A DNA stretch of 45,498 bases from Betaproteobacteria bacterium (GCA_039930785.1 JBDTTE010000003.1:1-45498); one strand, 5' to 3'. Positions 20,382 through 33,113 are shown, numbered from the stretch's first letter. Notes: generated by a model not told the origin, from the sequence alone. A program made the numbers and translations.

Positions 20382-21488
20382 ATGCTCAAGGGAAAATTTG
20401 CCTTTAACGCCGATTTTATCGGCGACCTGCTGAAGCCCAGATCACCTCCGCTGATCGGGGTTGATATCAGTTCGTCGTCGGTAAAGATCGTGGAGTTGAC
20501 GGGTCCCGGCAAGGGCCGGTATCGCCTCGAGCGCTATTCCATCGAGCCGTTGCCGAAGGATGCCGTCGTCGACGGCAACATCATGAACCTCGAAGAGGTT
20601 GGCGACGCGCTGCGGCGCGGCTGGAAGCGCATGGGCACCCGCGCCAAGAACCTCGCGATGGCGCTACCTTCTGCTGCCGTCATTACCAAGAAGATAGTCG
20701 TCCAGGCCGGCCAGACCGACGAACAACTCGAAGCGCAAGTCGAGACCGAGGCAAACCAATACATTCCGTTCGCGCTCGAGGAAGTCAATCTCGATTTCCA
20801 GACCCTCGGTCCGGCGCCCAACAGCCCCGACGAGGTCGAAGTCCTCATTGCGGCTTCGCGCAAGGAAAAAGTCGAGGATCGGGTCGCTGTCGCTGAGTCG
20901 GTCGGCCTCAAGGCGACCGTCATGGACATCGATTCATTTGCTGCCCAGAACGCCTTCGAACTGATGCAGGGGCAGTTGCCCGACGGAGGCCGCGATCAGA
21001 CCATAGCCGTGGTCGACATCGGTGCCTCGATGATGAACATCAACGCCCTGCGGAATGGTCAATCGGTCTACATGCGCGAGCAGCCGTTTGGCGGAAACCA
21101 GCTGACCCAGGAAATCATGCGCCATTACAGCCTGTCGGCTGATGAGGCCGAAGCGGCCAAGCGCAATGGCGGTTTGCCGGACACTTACGATTCGGAGGTG
21201 CTGGCCCCGTTCATGGATACCCTTGCGCTTGAAGTGGCGAGGGCCCTGCAGTTCTTTTTCACGTCGACGCAATACAACCAGGTTCACCACATTTTCCTGT
21301 CGGGTGGTTCGGCGACGATTCCGGGCCTTCCCGAGGTGGTCGCGGAACGCACACAGGTCAATTCGATCGTTGCGAACCCATTCGTCGGAATGGAAATTTC
21401 TTCCAAGATTCGCCAGGCGCAATTGAGCATTGACGCGCCGGCGCTGCTGGTAGCCTGCGGGCTCGCCCTGCGGAGGTTCGACGAATGA
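20382..21488 (+). CDS. pilM: Type IV pilus assembly protein PilM
   Basis: IGVDISSSSVK, EANQYIPF, VVDIGA, LSGG; actin-like fold; operon order. Confidence 0.95.
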   Translation: MLKGKFAFNADFIGDLLKPRSPPLIGVDISSSSVKIVELTGPGKGRYRLERYSIEPLPKDAVVDGNIMNLEEVGDALRRGWKRMGTRAKNLAMALPSAAVITKKIVVQAGQTDEQLEAQVETEANQYIPFALEEVNLDFQTLGPAPNSPDEVEVLIAASRKEKVEDRVAVAESVGLKATVMDIDSFAAQNAFELMQGQLPDGGRDQTIAVVDIGASMMNINALRNGQSVYMREQPFGGNQLTQEIMRHYSLSADEAEAAKRNGGLPDTYDSEVLAPFMDTLALEVARALQFFFTSTQYNQVHHIFLSGGSATIPGLPEVVAERTQVNSIVANPFVGMEISSKIRQAQLSIDAPALLVACGLALRRFDE

Positions 21489-22093
21489 TCCCGATCAACC
21501 TACTGCCGCATCGAGCGGCACGCCGCAAGGCGCAGCAACGGCAGTTTTTCGTCCTGGTAGGCATGACGGCGGCGATCGCCGCGGGCATCGTCATCTTTGT
21601 GCATATATTCTTCGCGGGCCGCATCGAAACCCAGGTCGAGCGCAACAAATATCTGGAATCTGAAATCGTCGCCCTGGACAAGCAGATCGACGAAATCCGC
21701 AAGCTCAAGGAACAGACGCAAGCGCTGCTCGCGCGGAAGCGCGTCGTGGAATCGCTCCAGACCAACAGAACCGAGACCGTTCGCCTGCTGGATCAGCTTG
21801 TGCGACAGCTTCCGGACGGGGTCTACCTGAAAACCGTGAAGCAAACCGGTCAGAAGGTAAACGTCATCGGGTACGCGACCTCGAACGCCCGGGTGTCGAC
21901 GCTGATGCGCAATTTCGAAGCATCACCGTGGCTGGAATCCCCGGCGCTGATAGAAATCAAGGCTGTACAGGTAGATGGCACGCTGCTGAACGAGTTCAAC
22001 CTGAATGTGAGCATTTCCCGGCCCAAGGAAGAGAGCGCCACCAAACCGAAAGCGGCCGCGCCGAACGCGCCGCAAACAGTGCCCAAGACCTGA
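21485..22093 (+). CDS. pilN: Type IV pilus assembly protein PilN
   Basis: INLLP motif, TM segment, SNARVSTLMRN. Confidence 0.95.
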   Translation: MIPINLLPHRAARRKAQQRQFFVLVGMTAAIAAGIVIFVHIFFAGRIETQVERNKYLESEIVALDKQIDEIRKLKEQTQALLARKRVVESLQTNRTETVRLLDQLVRQLPDGVYLKTVKQTGQKVNVIGYATSNARVSTLMRNFEASPWLESPALIEIKAVQVDGTLLNEFNLNVSISRPKEESATKPKAAAPNAPQTVPKT

Positions 22094-22099
22094 GATCCC

Positions 22100-22732
22100 A
22101 TGACGCTCGACGATATCCGTTCACTGAATCCGCGCGACATAGGCAGCTGGCCAGCGCTGCCGAAGCTCGGCGCGCTGTTCATTCTTCTGCTGGTGCTGAT
22201 TTTCGCGGGCTACTGGTTTGACTGGCAAAACCAGCTTGAAGAACTGGCGAAGGAGCGCAACAAGGAACAGGACCTTCGCGCGACCTTCCTCGACAAGAAA
22301 AAACAGGCCGTGAACCTCGAGGCTTATCGCAAGCAGCTTGCCGAGATCGAAGAGTCCTTCGGCGAGATGCTGAAACAGTTGCCGAATAAATCGGAGATGG
22401 AGGCGTTGCTGACGGACATCAACCAGGCGGGGTTGGGGCGCGGACTGCAGTTCGAGCTGTTTCGTCCCGCCCAGGCCGAAATCCGGTCGGAATTCTATGC
22501 GGAGCTGCCGATCGCCATAAGATTGACGGGCAACTATCACGACATCGGGGCCTTTGCCAGCGACATTTCGCAACTCTCGCGGATCGTGACCTTGAACGAG
22601 ATTGCGCTCACGACCAACAAAAGCGGGCTCACGCTCGATGCCGTAGCGAAGACCTTTCGATACCTGGATGACAGCGAAGTCGCCGCCCAGCGCAAGGCCG
22701 CGCGCGACGCTGCTGCTCCCAAAAAGCAATGA
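22100..22732 (+). CDS. pilO: Type IV pilus assembly protein PilO
   Basis: WP...TM, QLPNKSEM, FYAELPI, RIVTL. Confidence 0.95.
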   Translation: MTLDDIRSLNPRDIGSWPALPKLGALFILLLVLIFAGYWFDWQNQLEELAKERNKEQDLRATFLDKKKQAVNLEAYRKQLAEIEESFGEMLKQLPNKSEMEALLTDINQAGLGRGLQFELFRPAQAEIRSEFYAELPIAIRLTGNYHDIGAFASDISQLSRIVTLNEIALTTNKSGLTLDAVAKTFRYLDDSEVAAQRKAARDAAAPKKQ

Positions 22733-23250
22733 TGCGCGCATTATTCGCCGCCCTGATCGCCACGTCCCTCCTCGCTGCATGCGGAGGGGAACAGTTTTCC
22801 GACCTCAAACAATTCGTGAAAAGCTCCGGCGAAGGGCTGCGCGGACGGGTGGAACCCATTCCCGACGTCAAGCAATTCGAACCGTTCGCGTACAACGCAT
22901 TCGATCTCCCCGATCCGTTCAAACCCAGAAAGACAGTGGCGGATACGCGCAATGGCGCTGGCGGGGGGCCGAGTCCCGATCTCAACAGGCGCAAGGAAGC
23001 GCTGGAAGCCTTCCCGCTGGAAAGCCTGCAAATGGTCGGAACACTCGAGCAGAAACAGGTTCGTTATGCACTGATCAAAACACCAGACAGCAATCTCTAT
23101 CGCGTCAAGTCGGGTAATTATCTCGGACAGAATTTCGGCGTCGTGACCTCGATCAGCGAAGCAGCGGTAACACTTAAAGAAGTCATTCAGGATTCTTCAT
23201 CGGGTTCCTGGACCGAGCGCACAAGCAGTTTGCAGCTGCTCGAGCAATGA
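22729..23250 (+). CDS. pilP: Type IV pilus lipoprotein PilP
   Basis: Lipobox LLAAC, DPF, KEALEAFPLESL, GNYLGQNFG. Confidence 0.95.
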   Translation: MMRALFAALIATSLLAACGGEQFSDLKQFVKSSGEGLRGRVEPIPDVKQFEPFAYNAFDLPDPFKPRKTVADTRNGAGGGPSPDLNRRKEALEAFPLESLQMVGTLEQKQVRYALIKTPDSNLYRVKSGNYLGQNFGVVTSISEAAVTLKEVIQDSSSGSWTERTSSLQLLEQ

Positions 23251-23269
23251 ACTCAAGGAGCACGCGGAT

Positions 23270-25384
23270 ATGAAACGCATCGGTCATCTGATAACACTTG
23301 TCGCGACGCTGGGGGCATTCCTTCTGGGAAGCGCTTTGGCTCATGGCCAGGACAAATCTCCGGCGCCGGCGGGCAATCTCATCCAGTCCATAGATGTTAC
23401 GACCCAGTCGGGGGCCATAACCGTGAAGTTCGGCCTCAAGGATGCGCCGGCCGACCTGCCCGCTGCTTTTACGGTGAACAATCCGCCTCGCATCGCCTTC
23501 GATTTCCCCGCGACCGCAAACGGCCTGGGCAAGAGTTCGCAGGACATCAATCAGGGTGAACTGCGCACGATACGGCTCGCCCAATCTTCCGGGCGCACGC
23601 GTGTCGTTTTCAATCTTTCCAGGATGGTGAAATACACCAGCAAACTGGATGGCAACACCGTCGTAGTAACGTTATCGGGTAACGGCGCCGCCGCCGAGAC
23701 CCCCACCACGTTTGCCGAAGCAAAGTCGAATGCCGAAACGCACGCTGTGCGCGACGTTGACTTCAGGCGGGGCAAGAACGGCGAAGCGCAAATCATCTTC
23801 GATTTGTCGGATGCCGCAACCGGAATCAATTTACGGCAACAGGGAAGAAGCATTCTGGTCGATTTCATCCAGACCGCGCTGCCACCCGCCCTCGAACGGC
23901 GTTACGACGTAACGGATTTCGGTACCCAGGTCGAGAGTTTCGATGTCACCCGTTCCGGTGGCAATACCCGCGTCACGATCGTGCCGAAGGGGCGGTGGGA
24001 GCAATCCGCGTATCAGACCGACAATCGCTTCATCATCGAGGTCAAAGCGGTGATAGAGGATTCGGGCAAACCCAAAACGCCAGGCGGCTATACGGGAGAA
24101 AAGCTTTCCCTGAATTTCCAGAACATTGAGGTCCGTGCCGTGCTGCAGGTGATCGCCGATTTCACGGGGCTGAACATCATCACCAGCGATACGGTGAGCG
24201 GGAACCTGACCCTGCGGCTGAAGGACGTGCCCTGGGATCAGGCACTGGACATCATCCTCCAGGCCAAGGGACTCGACATGCGCAAGACCGGCAATGTCGT
24301 CTGGATCGCTCCCCGGGATGAACTGGCCACGAAAGAAAAGCTGGCGCTGGAAGCACGCCAGCAGATTACGGAACTGGAACCGCTGCGCACTGAAAGTTTC
24401 CAGTTGAACTATCAGCGTGCCGAGGATTTCCAGAAGGTCATCACCGACGCGAACCAGAGGCTTCTGTCCAAACGGGGCAGCGCGGTCATCGACGCGCGGA
24501 CCAATCAGATTTTCGTCCAGGATATTCCCTCCAAGCTGGACGACATAAGGGAGCTCCTGAAGAAAACCGACAGGGCGGTCCGGCAGGTATTGATCGAAGC
24601 GCGCATCGTCGAGGCGACCGATACTTTCAGCAAGAACGTCGGCGCGAGGCTCGGTTATCACGATTTGACGGGTCGAGGCGACGCGATTCCTGGCGGCAGC
24701 CATCGTGCGGTAGTCGGAGGAGGCCTCATCGACACCGGCGCACACACGGGACAGACCACGGATACGCCGACCTTTCTGACGGACTCCACGTTCTCCAACA
24801 TGGCCGCGCCCGGGTTGGGCGGCGTGAATCCGGGTCAGCTCTCGCTGATCCTGATGAACAACGCGATGACCAAGTTCCTGAACCTGGAAATTTCCGCTCT
24901 GCAAGCGGACGGAAAGGGCAAGATCATTTCCAGCCCGCGTGTAATTACTGCGGACAACGTCGAAGCCAATATCGAGCAAGGGACGGAAATTCCTTATCAG
25001 CAGGCAACGAGCAGCGGCGCGACCAGTGTGTCCTTCCGCAAGGCAACGCTGAGCCTGAAGGTCAAGCCGCAAATCACGCCCGACGACAACATCATGATGA
25101 AGTTGAACGTCAACAAGGATAGCGTGGGCGCGAATACCAGCGCCGGTCCGGCGATCGATACGAAGCAGGTTTCGACCGAGGTTCTGGTCGAGAACGGCGG
25201 CACCGTCGGGTTGGGTGGAATCTATACGCAGGACGAATCCTCAACGCTGACGAAAGTGCCGTTGCTAGGGGACATCCCGGTTCTGGGATTTTTCTTCCGC
25301 CAGGATCTGCGTCGCAACGACAAGAGTGAACTGCTCATCTTCGTTACCCCGCGCGTCATCAAAGATACCCTCACCGTGCGCTGA
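23270..25384 (+). CDS. pilQ: Type IV pilus secretin
   Basis: AMIN domains, KLSLNFQ, VPWDQALD, QVLIEARIVEA, KVPLLGDIP, ELLIFVTP. Confidence 0.96.
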   Translation: MKRIGHLITLVATLGAFLLGSALAHGQDKSPAPAGNLIQSIDVTTQSGAITVKFGLKDAPADLPAAFTVNNPPRIAFDFPATANGLGKSSQDINQGELRTIRLAQSSGRTRVVFNLSRMVKYTSKLDGNTVVVTLSGNGAAAETPTTFAEAKSNAETHAVRDVDFRRGKNGEAQIIFDLSDAATGINLRQQGRSILVDFIQTALPPALERRYDVTDFGTQVESFDVTRSGGNTRVTIVPKGRWEQSAYQTDNRFIIEVKAVIEDSGKPKTPGGYTGEKLSLNFQNIEVRAVLQVIADFTGLNIITSDTVSGNLTLRLKDVPWDQALDIILQAKGLDMRKTGNVVWIAPRDELATKEKLALEARQQITELEPLRTESFQLNYQRAEDFQKVITDANQRLLSKRGSAVIDARTNQIFVQDIPSKLDDIRELLKKTDRAVRQVLIEARIVEATDTFSKNVGARLGYHDLTGRGDAIPGGSHRAVVGGGLIDTGAHTGQTTDTPTFLTDSTFSNMAAPGLGGVNPGQLSLILMNNAMTKFLNLEISALQADGKGKIISSPRVITADNVEANIEQGTEIPYQQATSSGATSVSFRKATLSLKVKPQITPDDNIMMKLNVNKDSVGANTSAGPAIDTKQVSTEVLVENGGTVGLGGIYTQDESSTLTKVPLLGDIPVLGFFFRQDLRRNDKSELLIFVTPRVIKDTLTVR

Positions 25385-25397
25385 GTCCGATTTCCCG

Positions 25398-25430
25398 AAC
25401 GGCCGCGGAAACCGTCCGCGGCCGTTTTTT
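25398..25430 (+). terminator. Intrinsic terminator after pilQ
   Basis: AACGGCCGCGGA-aaccg-TCCGCGGCCGTT followed by TTTT. Confidence 0.85.
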
Positions 25431-25474
25431 ATTGGCGCGGGCCAATGCGGGGCCGGTTTAGCTAAAATGCGGAC

Positions 25475-26104
25475 ATGCAGAACGCGACCCATGCCCTTTC
25501 CGAACAGCCGGACTCATCCCTGGCCGGAAGCATCTTCCTCGTCGGAATGATGGGCGCGGGCAAGACTTCCGTGGGGCGCGTTCTTGCCAAGCGGCTGAAC
25601 AAGGTGTTTTACGATTCAGATCAGGTGATCGAGGAGCGCACAGGCGTCAAGGTGGCGGTCATTTTCGAGATTGAAGGCGAAGCCGGGTTTCGTCAGCGGG
25701 AGTCGGCCGTCGTCGATGAGTTGACGCAACTTGGCGATATCGTACTGGCGACGGGTGGAGGCGCGATTCTGGCCGGAGCAAACCGGGAACGGCTCAAGGC
25801 ACGGGGAACGGTGGTCTACCTGCGCGCCAGCGTAAAGGACCTGCTCAACCGCACGCGCCACGACAAAAACCGGCCTTTGCTGCAGACCGCCGACCCGCGA
25901 GCCCGCCTGGACGAATTGTTCGAACTGCGCGATCCGTTGTACCGGGAAGTCGCGCATTTGATCGTCGACACCGGAAGCCAAAGCCTTTCCACGCTGGTGA
26001 ACCGCCTGCATCTTCAACTGCAGTCCCGCGCGGACGGCGTGAGCGCCATCGACCATGACGCGATCGACGAGGCAGGAATCGATCACCCCCAATGCGAACC
26101 GTAA
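25475..26104 (+). CDS. aroK: Shikimate kinase
   Basis: [27 protein letters not shown]. Confidence 0.95.
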   Translation: MQNATHALSEQPDSSLAGSIFLVGMMGAGKTSVGRVLAKRLNKVFYDSDQVIEERTGVKVAVIFEIEGEAGFRQRESAVVDELTQLGDIVLATGGGAILAGANRERLKARGTVVYLRASVKDLLNRTRHDKNRPLLQTADPRARLDELFELRDPLYREVAHLIVDTGSQSLSTLVNRLHLQLQSRADGVSAIDHDAIDEAGIDHPQCEP

Positions 26105-27180
26105 CCGTCGGCCTCGGCGCGCGTGCGTATCCGATCCATATCGGCGAGGGTTTGCTGGCCCGCGCCGACCTGTTCATTCCGCACCTGACGCAACGCAAGG
26201 TCGCCGTGATCACCAATACGACGGTTGCCGCGTTGTACCTGGAGCGGCTCTCGAACTCATTGCGGTCGGTCGGGATGGAAATCGTTCCGGTCGTTTTGCC
26301 CGACGGCGAAGAGCACAAGAACTGGTCGACCCTGAACTCGATATTCGATGCGCTGCTGTCGAATCGCCTCGAACGCAAGTCCACCATCATCGCGTTGGGC
26401 GGCGGAGTAGTGGGCGACCTCGCCGGATTTGCGGCCGCGACGTATCAACGTGGCGTGCCCTTCATCCAGGTCCCGACGACATTGCTTGCCCAGGTCGACT
26501 CTTCGGTGGGTGGGAAAACGGCAATCAATCACCCGATGGGCAAGAACATGATCGGTGCGTTCCACCAGCCGCGCATGGTGCTGGCCGATACCGCGATGAT
26601 CAAAACCCTGCCGGAGCGCGAATTGTCCGCGGGGTTGGCGGAAGTCATCAAGTATGGCCTGATCATGGACGTTCCGTTTCTGGAATGGCTCGAAGCCAAC
26701 ATGGACCGGCTCATGGCTCGCGATCCCGAAGCGCTGGCCCATGCTGTCACCCGCTCGTGCGAAAACAAGGCGAAAGTCGTGGAAGCCGACGAACGCGAAA
26801 CCGGGCAGCGCGCCCTGTTGAATCTCGGCCACACCTTCGGCCATGCCATCGAGACCGGGCTTGGATTCGGCGTATGGCTGCACGGCGAAGCGGTCGCGGC
26901 CGGCACGATAATGGCCGCGCAGCTCTCCGAGCGCATGGGTTCGCTGACGGTTGCGGAGGTCGGGCGCATCGAGCGCCTTTTCCAGAGCGCCGGCCTGCCG
27001 ATCGATGCGCCCGTGTTGGGCGAGGATCGTTACCTGGAACTCATGGGGCACGACAAGAAGGTCGAAAACGGCAAGCTGCGACTGGTATTGCTCGAAGCGT
27101 TGGGCAAGGCCTTCGTGACCGCGGATTTCGATATGGGAGACTTGCGCGAAGTCCTCGCACGGTCGGCCGCACATGCATGA
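26092..27180 (+). CDS. aroB: 3-dehydroquinate synthase
   Basis: [38 protein letters not shown]. Confidence 0.97.
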   Translation: MRTVTVGLGARAYPIHIGEGLLARADLFIPHLTQRKVAVITNTTVAALYLERLSNSLRSVGMEIVPVVLPDGEEHKNWSTLNSIFDALLSNRLERKSTIIALGGGVVGDLAGFAAATYQRGVPFIQVPTTLLAQVDSSVGGKTAINHPMGKNMIGAFHQPRMVLADTAMIKTLPERELSAGLAEVIKYGLIMDVPFLEWLEANMDRLMARDPEALAHAVTRSCENKAKVVEADERETGQRALLNLGHTFGHAIETGLGFGVWLHGEAVAAGTIMAAQLSERMGSLTVAEVGRIERLFQSAGLPIDAPVLGEDRYLELMGHDKKVENGKLRLVLLEALGKAFVTADFDMGDLREVLARSAAHA

Positions 27181-28294
27181 GCTGGCGGCGTATGCCGCCG
27201 ATCCCGCCGCCTCGCGCGGCCGGCAATTCAGCGAAACCCCGGCAAGCGGGCGAACCGAGTTCCAGCGCGACCGCGACCGCATCATCCATTCGACGGCTTT
27301 CCGCCGGCTCGAATACAAAACCCAGGTCTTCGTCAATCACGAAGGCGACCTGTTCCGAACGCGGCTGACCCACAGCCTCGAAGTCGCGCAGATTGGCCGG
27401 TCCATCGCCCGCAATCTGGGTTTGAACGAAGACCTCGTCGAGGCCATTTCGCTCGCGCATGATCTCGGTCACACACCTTTCGGCCATGCTGGCCAGGATT
27501 CTCTGAACGAATGCATGAAGGAGTTCGGCGGATTCGAACACAACCTCCAGTCGCTGCGCGTGGTCGATCACCTCGAGCAGCGCTATGGGGCGTTCGATGG
27601 CCTGAACCTCAGTTTCGAAACCCGCGAGGGCATCCTCAAGCACTGCTCACTCGACAACGCCAGAAAACTGGGTGATGTTGGTGAGCGCTTCCTTAAGAAG
27701 CAACGACCTTCGCTCGAAGCGCAGATAGCGAACCTGGCCGACGAGATCGCCTATAACAACCACGACGTCGACGACGGGTTGCGCTCGGAACTGATCACGT
27801 TGGAGCAGTTGTCGGAAGTCGGGATTTTTGCGCGACATCTCGAGCAGGTGCGGCAGGAGTTTCCGGCATTGACCGACCGCCGGCTGATCCATGAAACCGT
27901 CCGGCGCATGATCAACACGCTGGTATCGGACCTGACCGGGCAGAGCCGAAAGCTGATCACGGAGCATCGGCCGGGGAGCATTGACGAAGTGCGGACGGCA
28001 CCGCCCCTGATCGCGTTCAGCGATGTCATCCGCGAGCAGCAGCAGGAGCTCAAAACTTTCCTGCGAAGGCAGCTCTACCAGCACTATCGCGTCGCGCGCA
28101 TGAGCAATAAGGCCAGGCGAATTGTCCGCGAGCTCTTCGAAGCCTTCCTCGGTGACGCGCGCCTGCTGCCGCCCGAGTTTCAGAGCCGGGCCCAGGCCGA
28201 CCCGCCGCGGGCCATCGCCGACTACGTGGCCGGCATGACGGACCGTTACGCGATCCGCGAGCATCGCCGCCTCTTCACCGTGGAAGAATCCTGA
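27173..28294 (+). CDS. dgt: dGTP triphosphohydrolase (HD domain)
   Basis: [42 protein letters not shown]. Confidence 0.93.
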   Translation: MHELAAYAADPAASRGRQFSETPASGRTEFQRDRDRIIHSTAFRRLEYKTQVFVNHEGDLFRTRLTHSLEVAQIGRSIARNLGLNEDLVEAISLAHDLGHTPFGHAGQDSLNECMKEFGGFEHNLQSLRVVDHLEQRYGAFDGLNLSFETREGILKHCSLDNARKLGDVGERFLKKQRPSLEAQIANLADEIAYNNHDVDDGLRSELITLEQLSEVGIFARHLEQVRQEFPALTDRRLIHETVRRMINTLVSDLTGQSRKLITEHRPGSIDEVRTAPPLIAFSDVIREQQQELKTFLRRQLYQHYRVARMSNKARRIVRELFEAFLGDARLLPPEFQSRAQADPPRAIADYVAGMTDRYAIREHRRLFTVEES

Positions 28295-28313
28295 GCCTGT
28301 TTCGGGTCGTTTA

Positions 28314-28343
28314 TTGAAAGGCCGGCGCCAGTCGCGGTACCAT
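28314..28343 (+). promoter_or_regulatory. Putative sigma70 promoter of gltBD
   Basis: TTGAAA-N18-TACCAT. Confidence 0.4.
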
Positions 28344-28453
28344 TCCAAGCTCCGCTGGAATCGTGATGCTTAGTGCCGACCGGCTCGAAACGTGCTTTTT
28401 TCACTTGCCGCAAGCCCGGTCAACCCCATATTAAGCGGCTGCAGAGGTTAGAA

Positions 28454-31400
28454 ATGGCTCACCCGACACTACCGCCCCGCCAGGGACTTTACGATCCAGC
28501 CAATGAGCACGACGCGTGCGGCGTGGGCTTCATCGCGCACATCAAAGGTGCGAAAAGCCACGCTATCGTGGATCAAGGCCTGCTGATCCTGAAAAATTTG
28601 ACCCATCGCGGGGCGGTGGGGGCCGACCCGCTGGCGGGCGACGGTGCGGGGATTCTGATCCAGATTCCGGACCACTTTTTCCGTGAAGAACTGGCCGGGC
28701 AGGGGGTGACGCTGCCTTCTCCGGGTGAATACGGCGTGGGGATGGTGTTCCTGCCGCAGGAGCCGGCCTCGCGGCTGGCCTGTGAATACGAGATAGAGCG
28801 CGCCATCAAGGACGAAGGCCAGGTGTTGCTCGGCTGGCGCGACGTGCCGTGCGATGGCAGCACGCTCGGCGAGTCGGTTAAGAAGGTGGAGCCGGTCATC
28901 CGGCAGGTCTTCATTGGCCGCGGCGCAGGCGTCACCGTCACGGATGCCCTTGAACGCAAGCTGTTCATCATTCGCAAGGCCTCCGGCCATGCCATCCAGG
29001 CGCTGAAACTCGAGCACGGCAAGGAGTTCTACGTGCCCTCGATGTCGGCGCGCACCATTGTCTACAAGGGCATGTTGCTGGCCGGGCAGGTGGGCGGCTA
29101 CTACAAGGACCTTCAAGACGCGCGCGTCGTCTCGGCCCTGGCGCTCGTGCACCAGCGCTTCTCGACCAATACATTTCCGACCTGGGACCTCGCGCATCCG
29201 TTCCGCATGATCGCGCACAACGGTGAAATCAATACGTTGCGTGGCAACGTCAACTGGCTGCGCGCGCGTCAGGGGGCGATTTCAAGCCCGATCATCGGCA
29301 AGGACCTCGAAAAAGTCTGGCCGCTGATTTATGACGGCCAGTCAGACTCCGCCTCGTTCGACAACGCGCTCGAATTGCTCATGATGGGCGGTTATTCGAT
29401 GGCCCACGCCATGATGATGCTGATCCCCGAGGCGTGGGAGAAACACACGCACATGGATCCGAGCCGGCGTGCGTTTTACGAATATCACGCGGCGATGATG
29501 GAGCCTTGGGATGGCCCTGCGGCCGTTGCCTTTACCGATGGACGCCAGATCGGCGCGACGCTGGACCGTAACGGGTTGCGCCCGGCGCGTTACATCGTGA
29601 CCAGCGATGACATGGTCGTGATGGCATCGGAGACCGGCGTGTTGCCGATTCCCGAGGAAAAAATCATCAAGAAGTGGCGCCTGCAGCCGGGCAAGATGTT
29701 CCTGATCGACGTCGAGGCGGGACGCATCATCGACGACAAGGAGATCAAGGATTCGCTTTCGCACGTCAAGCCCTACAAGGCCTGGATCGATCGCATCCGC
29801 ATCAAGCTCGACGACCTGCCCGTTTCGACCAAGATCGCCGAGCGCAGCAAGGTGCCGATGCTCGACCGTCAGCAGGCGTTTGGCTACACCCAGGAAGACC
29901 TGAAGTTCATCCTTGGCCCGATGGCGCAGTTGGGCGAGGAGGGAACCGGGTCGATGGGCAATGACTCGCCACTCGCGGTGCTGTCGAACAAGAACAAGCC
30001 GCTGTACAACTACTTCAAGCAGCTGTTCGCGCAGGTCACCAACCCGCCGATCGATCCGATCCGCGAGGACCTGGTCATGTCGCTCGTTTCCTTCATCGGC
30101 CCGAAACCGAACCTGCTTGGCATCGACGAAACCAATCCACCGATGCGCCTCGAAGTCAGCCAGCCCGTGCTCGACTTCAATCAGATGGATACGATCCGCC
30201 ACATCGATTACTACACGGGCGGCAAGTTCAAATCATTCGAACTGGACATTACCTATCCGGCGGCGTGGGGCAAGCAAGGAATCGAGGCGCGCTTGGCCAG
30301 CCTGTGCGCACAAGCCGAGGATGCCGTGCGTTCCGGATACAACATCCTGATCGTGTCGGATCGCAGGGTTGACGCCATGCATGTGGCCATTCCCGCGCTG
30401 CTTGCCTTGTCGGCGATTCACCAGCACCTGGTGGGCAGGGGCTTGCGGACCAGCGCCGGTCTGGTGGTCGAGACCGGTTCGGCGCGCGAGGTGCATCATT
30501 TCGCGCTGCTCGCGGGCTACGGCGCCGAAGCCATACATCCCTGCCTGGCGATGGAGACCATCCTGCATGCGGATGCTTCCATCCCGGAAGAGTATCGGGG
30601 CGAGAAAGGCGTCAAGAATTACGTCAAGGCTGTCGGCAAGGGCCTGATGAAGGTCATGTCCAAGATGGGCATTTCCACGTACATGTCCTACACCGGCGCC
30701 CAGATTTTCGAGGCGGTCGGCCTGGCCCGGGGCATGGTCGACAAATACTTTACCGGCACGACGACGAACGTCGAAGGGATCGGCATCTTTGAAGTAGCCG
30801 AAGAAGCGATCCGCCTGCACGGCGCGGCGTTCAGTGACGATCCAGTTCTCGACGGTGCGCTGGATGCAGGCGGCGAATATGCGTTCCGCGTGCGCGGCGA
30901 AGATCACATGTGGACGCCCGACGCGATCGCCAAACTCCAGCATTCGAGCCGGACCAACAGCGTCCAGACCTATCGCGAGTACGCGAAGTTGATCAATGAC
31001 CAGACCCGGCGCCACATGACGTTGCGCGGGTTGTTCGAGTTCAAGCCCGATCCCGCCAAGGCCGTGCCGATCGACGAGGTCGAGTCGGCGAAGGAGATCG
31101 TCAAGCGTTTCGTAACGGGCGCGATGTCGCTGGGTTCGATCTCCACCGAAGCGCACACCACGCTGGCGATCGCGATGAACCGCATCGGCGGGAAGTCGAA
31201 TACCGGCGAAGGCGGCGAAGATCCGAAGCGCTATGCGCCCATCAAGAGCGGCGAAACGCTGGCTTCACGCATCGGGCGCGATCGCATCGAACGCGACCTT
31301 CCCCTCAACGAAGGCGATTCGCTGCGCTCCAAGATCAAGCAGGTCGCGTCTGGACGTTTCGGCGTAACCGCGGAGTACCTGAACAGCGCGGACCAGATCC

Positions 31401-33106
31401 AGATCAAGATGGCGCAGGGCGCCAAGCCCGGCGAAGGCGGGCAGCTTCCGGGGCACAAGGTCTCGGAGTACATCGCCGAGTTGCGCTTCTCCGTACCCGG
31501 CGTCGGGCTGATCTCGCCGCCACCGCATCACGACATCTACTCCATCGAGGACCTGGCGCAGCTTATCCATGATCTGAAGAACGCGAACCCGCGCGCGTCG
31601 ATCAGCGTGAAGCTGGTTTCGGAAATCGGCGTGGGCACGGTCGCGGCTGGTGTGTCGAAGGCGAAAGCCGATCACGTCACCATTGCCGGCCATGACGGCG
31701 GCACCGGCGCAAGCCCGTGGTCGTCGATCAAGCATGCCGGCACACCGTGGGAACTCGGCCTCGCGGAAACGCAGCAGACCCTGGTCCTGAACCGCTTGCG
31801 CGGGCGCATTACCGTGCAGGTCGACGGCCAGATGAAGACGGGGCGAGATGTTGCCATCGGCGCCATACTCGGGGCGGACGAATTCGGTTTCGCCACCGCG
31901 CCGCTCGTGGTGACCGGTTGCATCATGATGCGCAAGTGCCATCTGAACACCTGTCCCGTCGGCGTGGCGACGCAGGATCCGGTGTTGCGCAAGAAATTCA
32001 AGGGGCAGCCCGAGCACGTCGTGAACTTCTTCTTCTTCATTGCAGAGGAAGTGCGCGAAATCATGGCCATGCTGGGCGTGCGCTCCCTGCGCGAGTTGAT
32101 CGGGCGCACCGACCTGCTCGACATGAGGAAGGGTATCGAACATTGGAAGGCGCGCGGCCTCGATTTCAGCCGCATCTTCTACATGCCGCAGGCGGCACCC
32201 GGCGTTTCCATTTTCAACTCCGAGAAGCAGGATCACGGCCTCGAAAAGGCGCTCGATCACCGCCTCATCGAACTGGCGCAGCCCGCACTCCTGCGTGCCG
32301 AACCCGTCAAGATCGAAATGCCGATTCGCAACGTCAATCGCACGGTCGGGACGATGCTCTCTTCCGAAGTCGCGAGGAAATACGGCAATTCCGGATTGGC
32401 GGACGATACGATCCGTGTCACGTTCGCGGGCAGCGCGGGCCAGAGCTTCGGCGCGTTCCTGGCGAAGGGCATCACCCTGGACCTGATCGGTGAAGGTAAC
32501 GACTACGTCGGCAAGGGCTTGTCTGGTGGCCGCATCAGCGTGCAACCGTCCCCGAAATTCCGCTGTAACCCGCTCGAGAACATCATCGTCGGCAACACGG
32601 TAATGTATGGCGCGGTCGCGGGCGAAGCCTACTTCCGCGGCGTCGCGGGCGAACGCTTTTGCGTACGTAATTCCGGGGCGCAGGCGGTGGTCGAAGGCGT
32701 GGGCGATCATGGTTGTGAGTACATGACCGGCGGGACGGTCGTCGTGCTGGGCATGACGGGTCGCAATTTTGCAGCAGGTATGTCCGGGGGGCTGGCTTTC
32801 GTATTGGACGAAGACGGGACGTTCAAGAACCGCTGCAATCTTTCCATGGTGCAACTCGAACCGCTGCTGACGGAAGCCGAGCAGGAGGCAAAAGTATCGA
32901 AGGATATCTGGCACATGCACCAGAGCGACGAAGCGATTCTGAAGGGGTTCATCGAGAAACACGCCCGATATACCGGCAGCGCCCGGGCGAAAGCCATCCT
33001 CGACAACTGGGCCGATTACCGAGGCAAGTTCGTGAAGGTATTCCCGACGGAATATCGCAGGGCGCTGGGCGAACTCGCGGCCCGGAACGGCAAGCTGGCG
33101 GCGTAA
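28454..33106 (+). CDS. gltB: Glutamate synthase large subunit
   Basis: EHDA/CGVGF Ntn nucleophile, [30 protein letters not shown]; start ATG 28454. Confidence 0.97.
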   Translation: MAHPTLPPRQGLYDPANEHDACGVGFIAHIKGAKSHAIVDQGLLILKNLTHRGAVGADPLAGDGAGILIQIPDHFFREELAGQGVTLPSPGEYGVGMVFLPQEPASRLACEYEIERAIKDEGQVLLGWRDVPCDGSTLGESVKKVEPVIRQVFIGRGAGVTVTDALERKLFIIRKASGHAIQALKLEHGKEFYVPSMSARTIVYKGMLLAGQVGGYYKDLQDARVVSALALVHQRFSTNTFPTWDLAHPFRMIAHNGEINTLRGNVNWLRARQGAISSPIIGKDLEKVWPLIYDGQSDSASFDNALELLMMGGYSMAHAMMMLIPEAWEKHTHMDPSRRAFYEYHAAMMEPWDGPAAVAFTDGRQIGATLDRNGLRPARYIVTSDDMVVMASETGVLPIPEEKIIKKWRLQPGKMFLIDVEAGRIIDDKEIKDSLSHVKPYKAWIDRIRIKLDDLPVSTKIAERSKVPMLDRQQAFGYTQEDLKFILGPMAQLGEEGTGSMGNDSPLAVLSNKNKPLYNYFKQLFAQVTNPPIDPIREDLVMSLVSFIGPKPNLLGIDETNPPMRLEVSQPVLDFNQMDTIRHIDYYTGGKFKSFELDITYPAAWGKQGIEARLASLCAQAEDAVRSGYNILIVSDRRVDAMHVAIPALLALSAIHQHLVGRGLRTSAGLVVETGSAREVHHFALLAGYGAEAIHPCLAMETILHADASIPEEYRGEKGVKNYVKAVGKGLMKVMSKMGISTYMSYTGAQIFEAVGLARGMVDKYFTGTTTNVEGIGIFEVAEEAIRLHGAAFSDDPVLDGALDAGGEYAFRVRGEDHMWTPDAIAKLQHSSRTNSVQTYREYAKLINDQTRRHMTLRGLFEFKPDPAKAVPIDEVESAKEIVKRFVTGAMSLGSISTEAHTTLAIAMNRIGGKSNTGEGGEDPKRYAPIKSGETLASRIGRDRIERDLPLNEGDSLRSKIKQVASGRFGVTAEYLNSADQIQIKMAQGAKPGEGGQLPGHKVSEYIAELRFSVPGVGLISPPPHHDIYSIEDLAQLIHDLKNANPRASISVKLVSEIGVGTVAAGVSKAKADHVTIAGHDGGTGASPWSSIKHAGTPWELGLAETQQTLVLNRLRGRITVQVDGQMKTGRDVAIGAILGADEFGFATAPLVVTGCIMMRKCHLNTCPVGVATQDPVLRKKFKGQPEHVVNFFFFIAEEVREIMAMLGVRSLRELIGRTDLLDMRKGIEHWKARGLDFSRIFYMPQAAPGVSIFNSEKQDHGLEKALDHRLIELAQPALLRAEPVKIEMPIRNVNRTVGTMLSSEVARKYGNSGLADDTIRVTFAGSAGQSFGAFLAKGITLDLIGEGNDYVGKGLSGGRISVQPSPKFRCNPLENIIVGNTVMYGAVAGEAYFRGVAGERFCVRNSGAQAVVEGVGDHGCEYMTGGTVVVLGMTGRNFAAGMSGGLAFVLDEDGTFKNRCNLSMVQLEPLLTEAEQEAKVSKDIWHMHQSDEAILKGFIEKHARYTGSARAKAILDNWADYRGKFVKVFPTEYRRALGELAARNGKLAA

Positions 33107-33113
33107 ACAAAAC

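Noticed and set aside
26055-27368. 437-aa alternative-frame ORF over aroB
   Set aside because: Arg/Gly/Pro-rich off-frame translation of a GC-rich gene; aroB explains the region.
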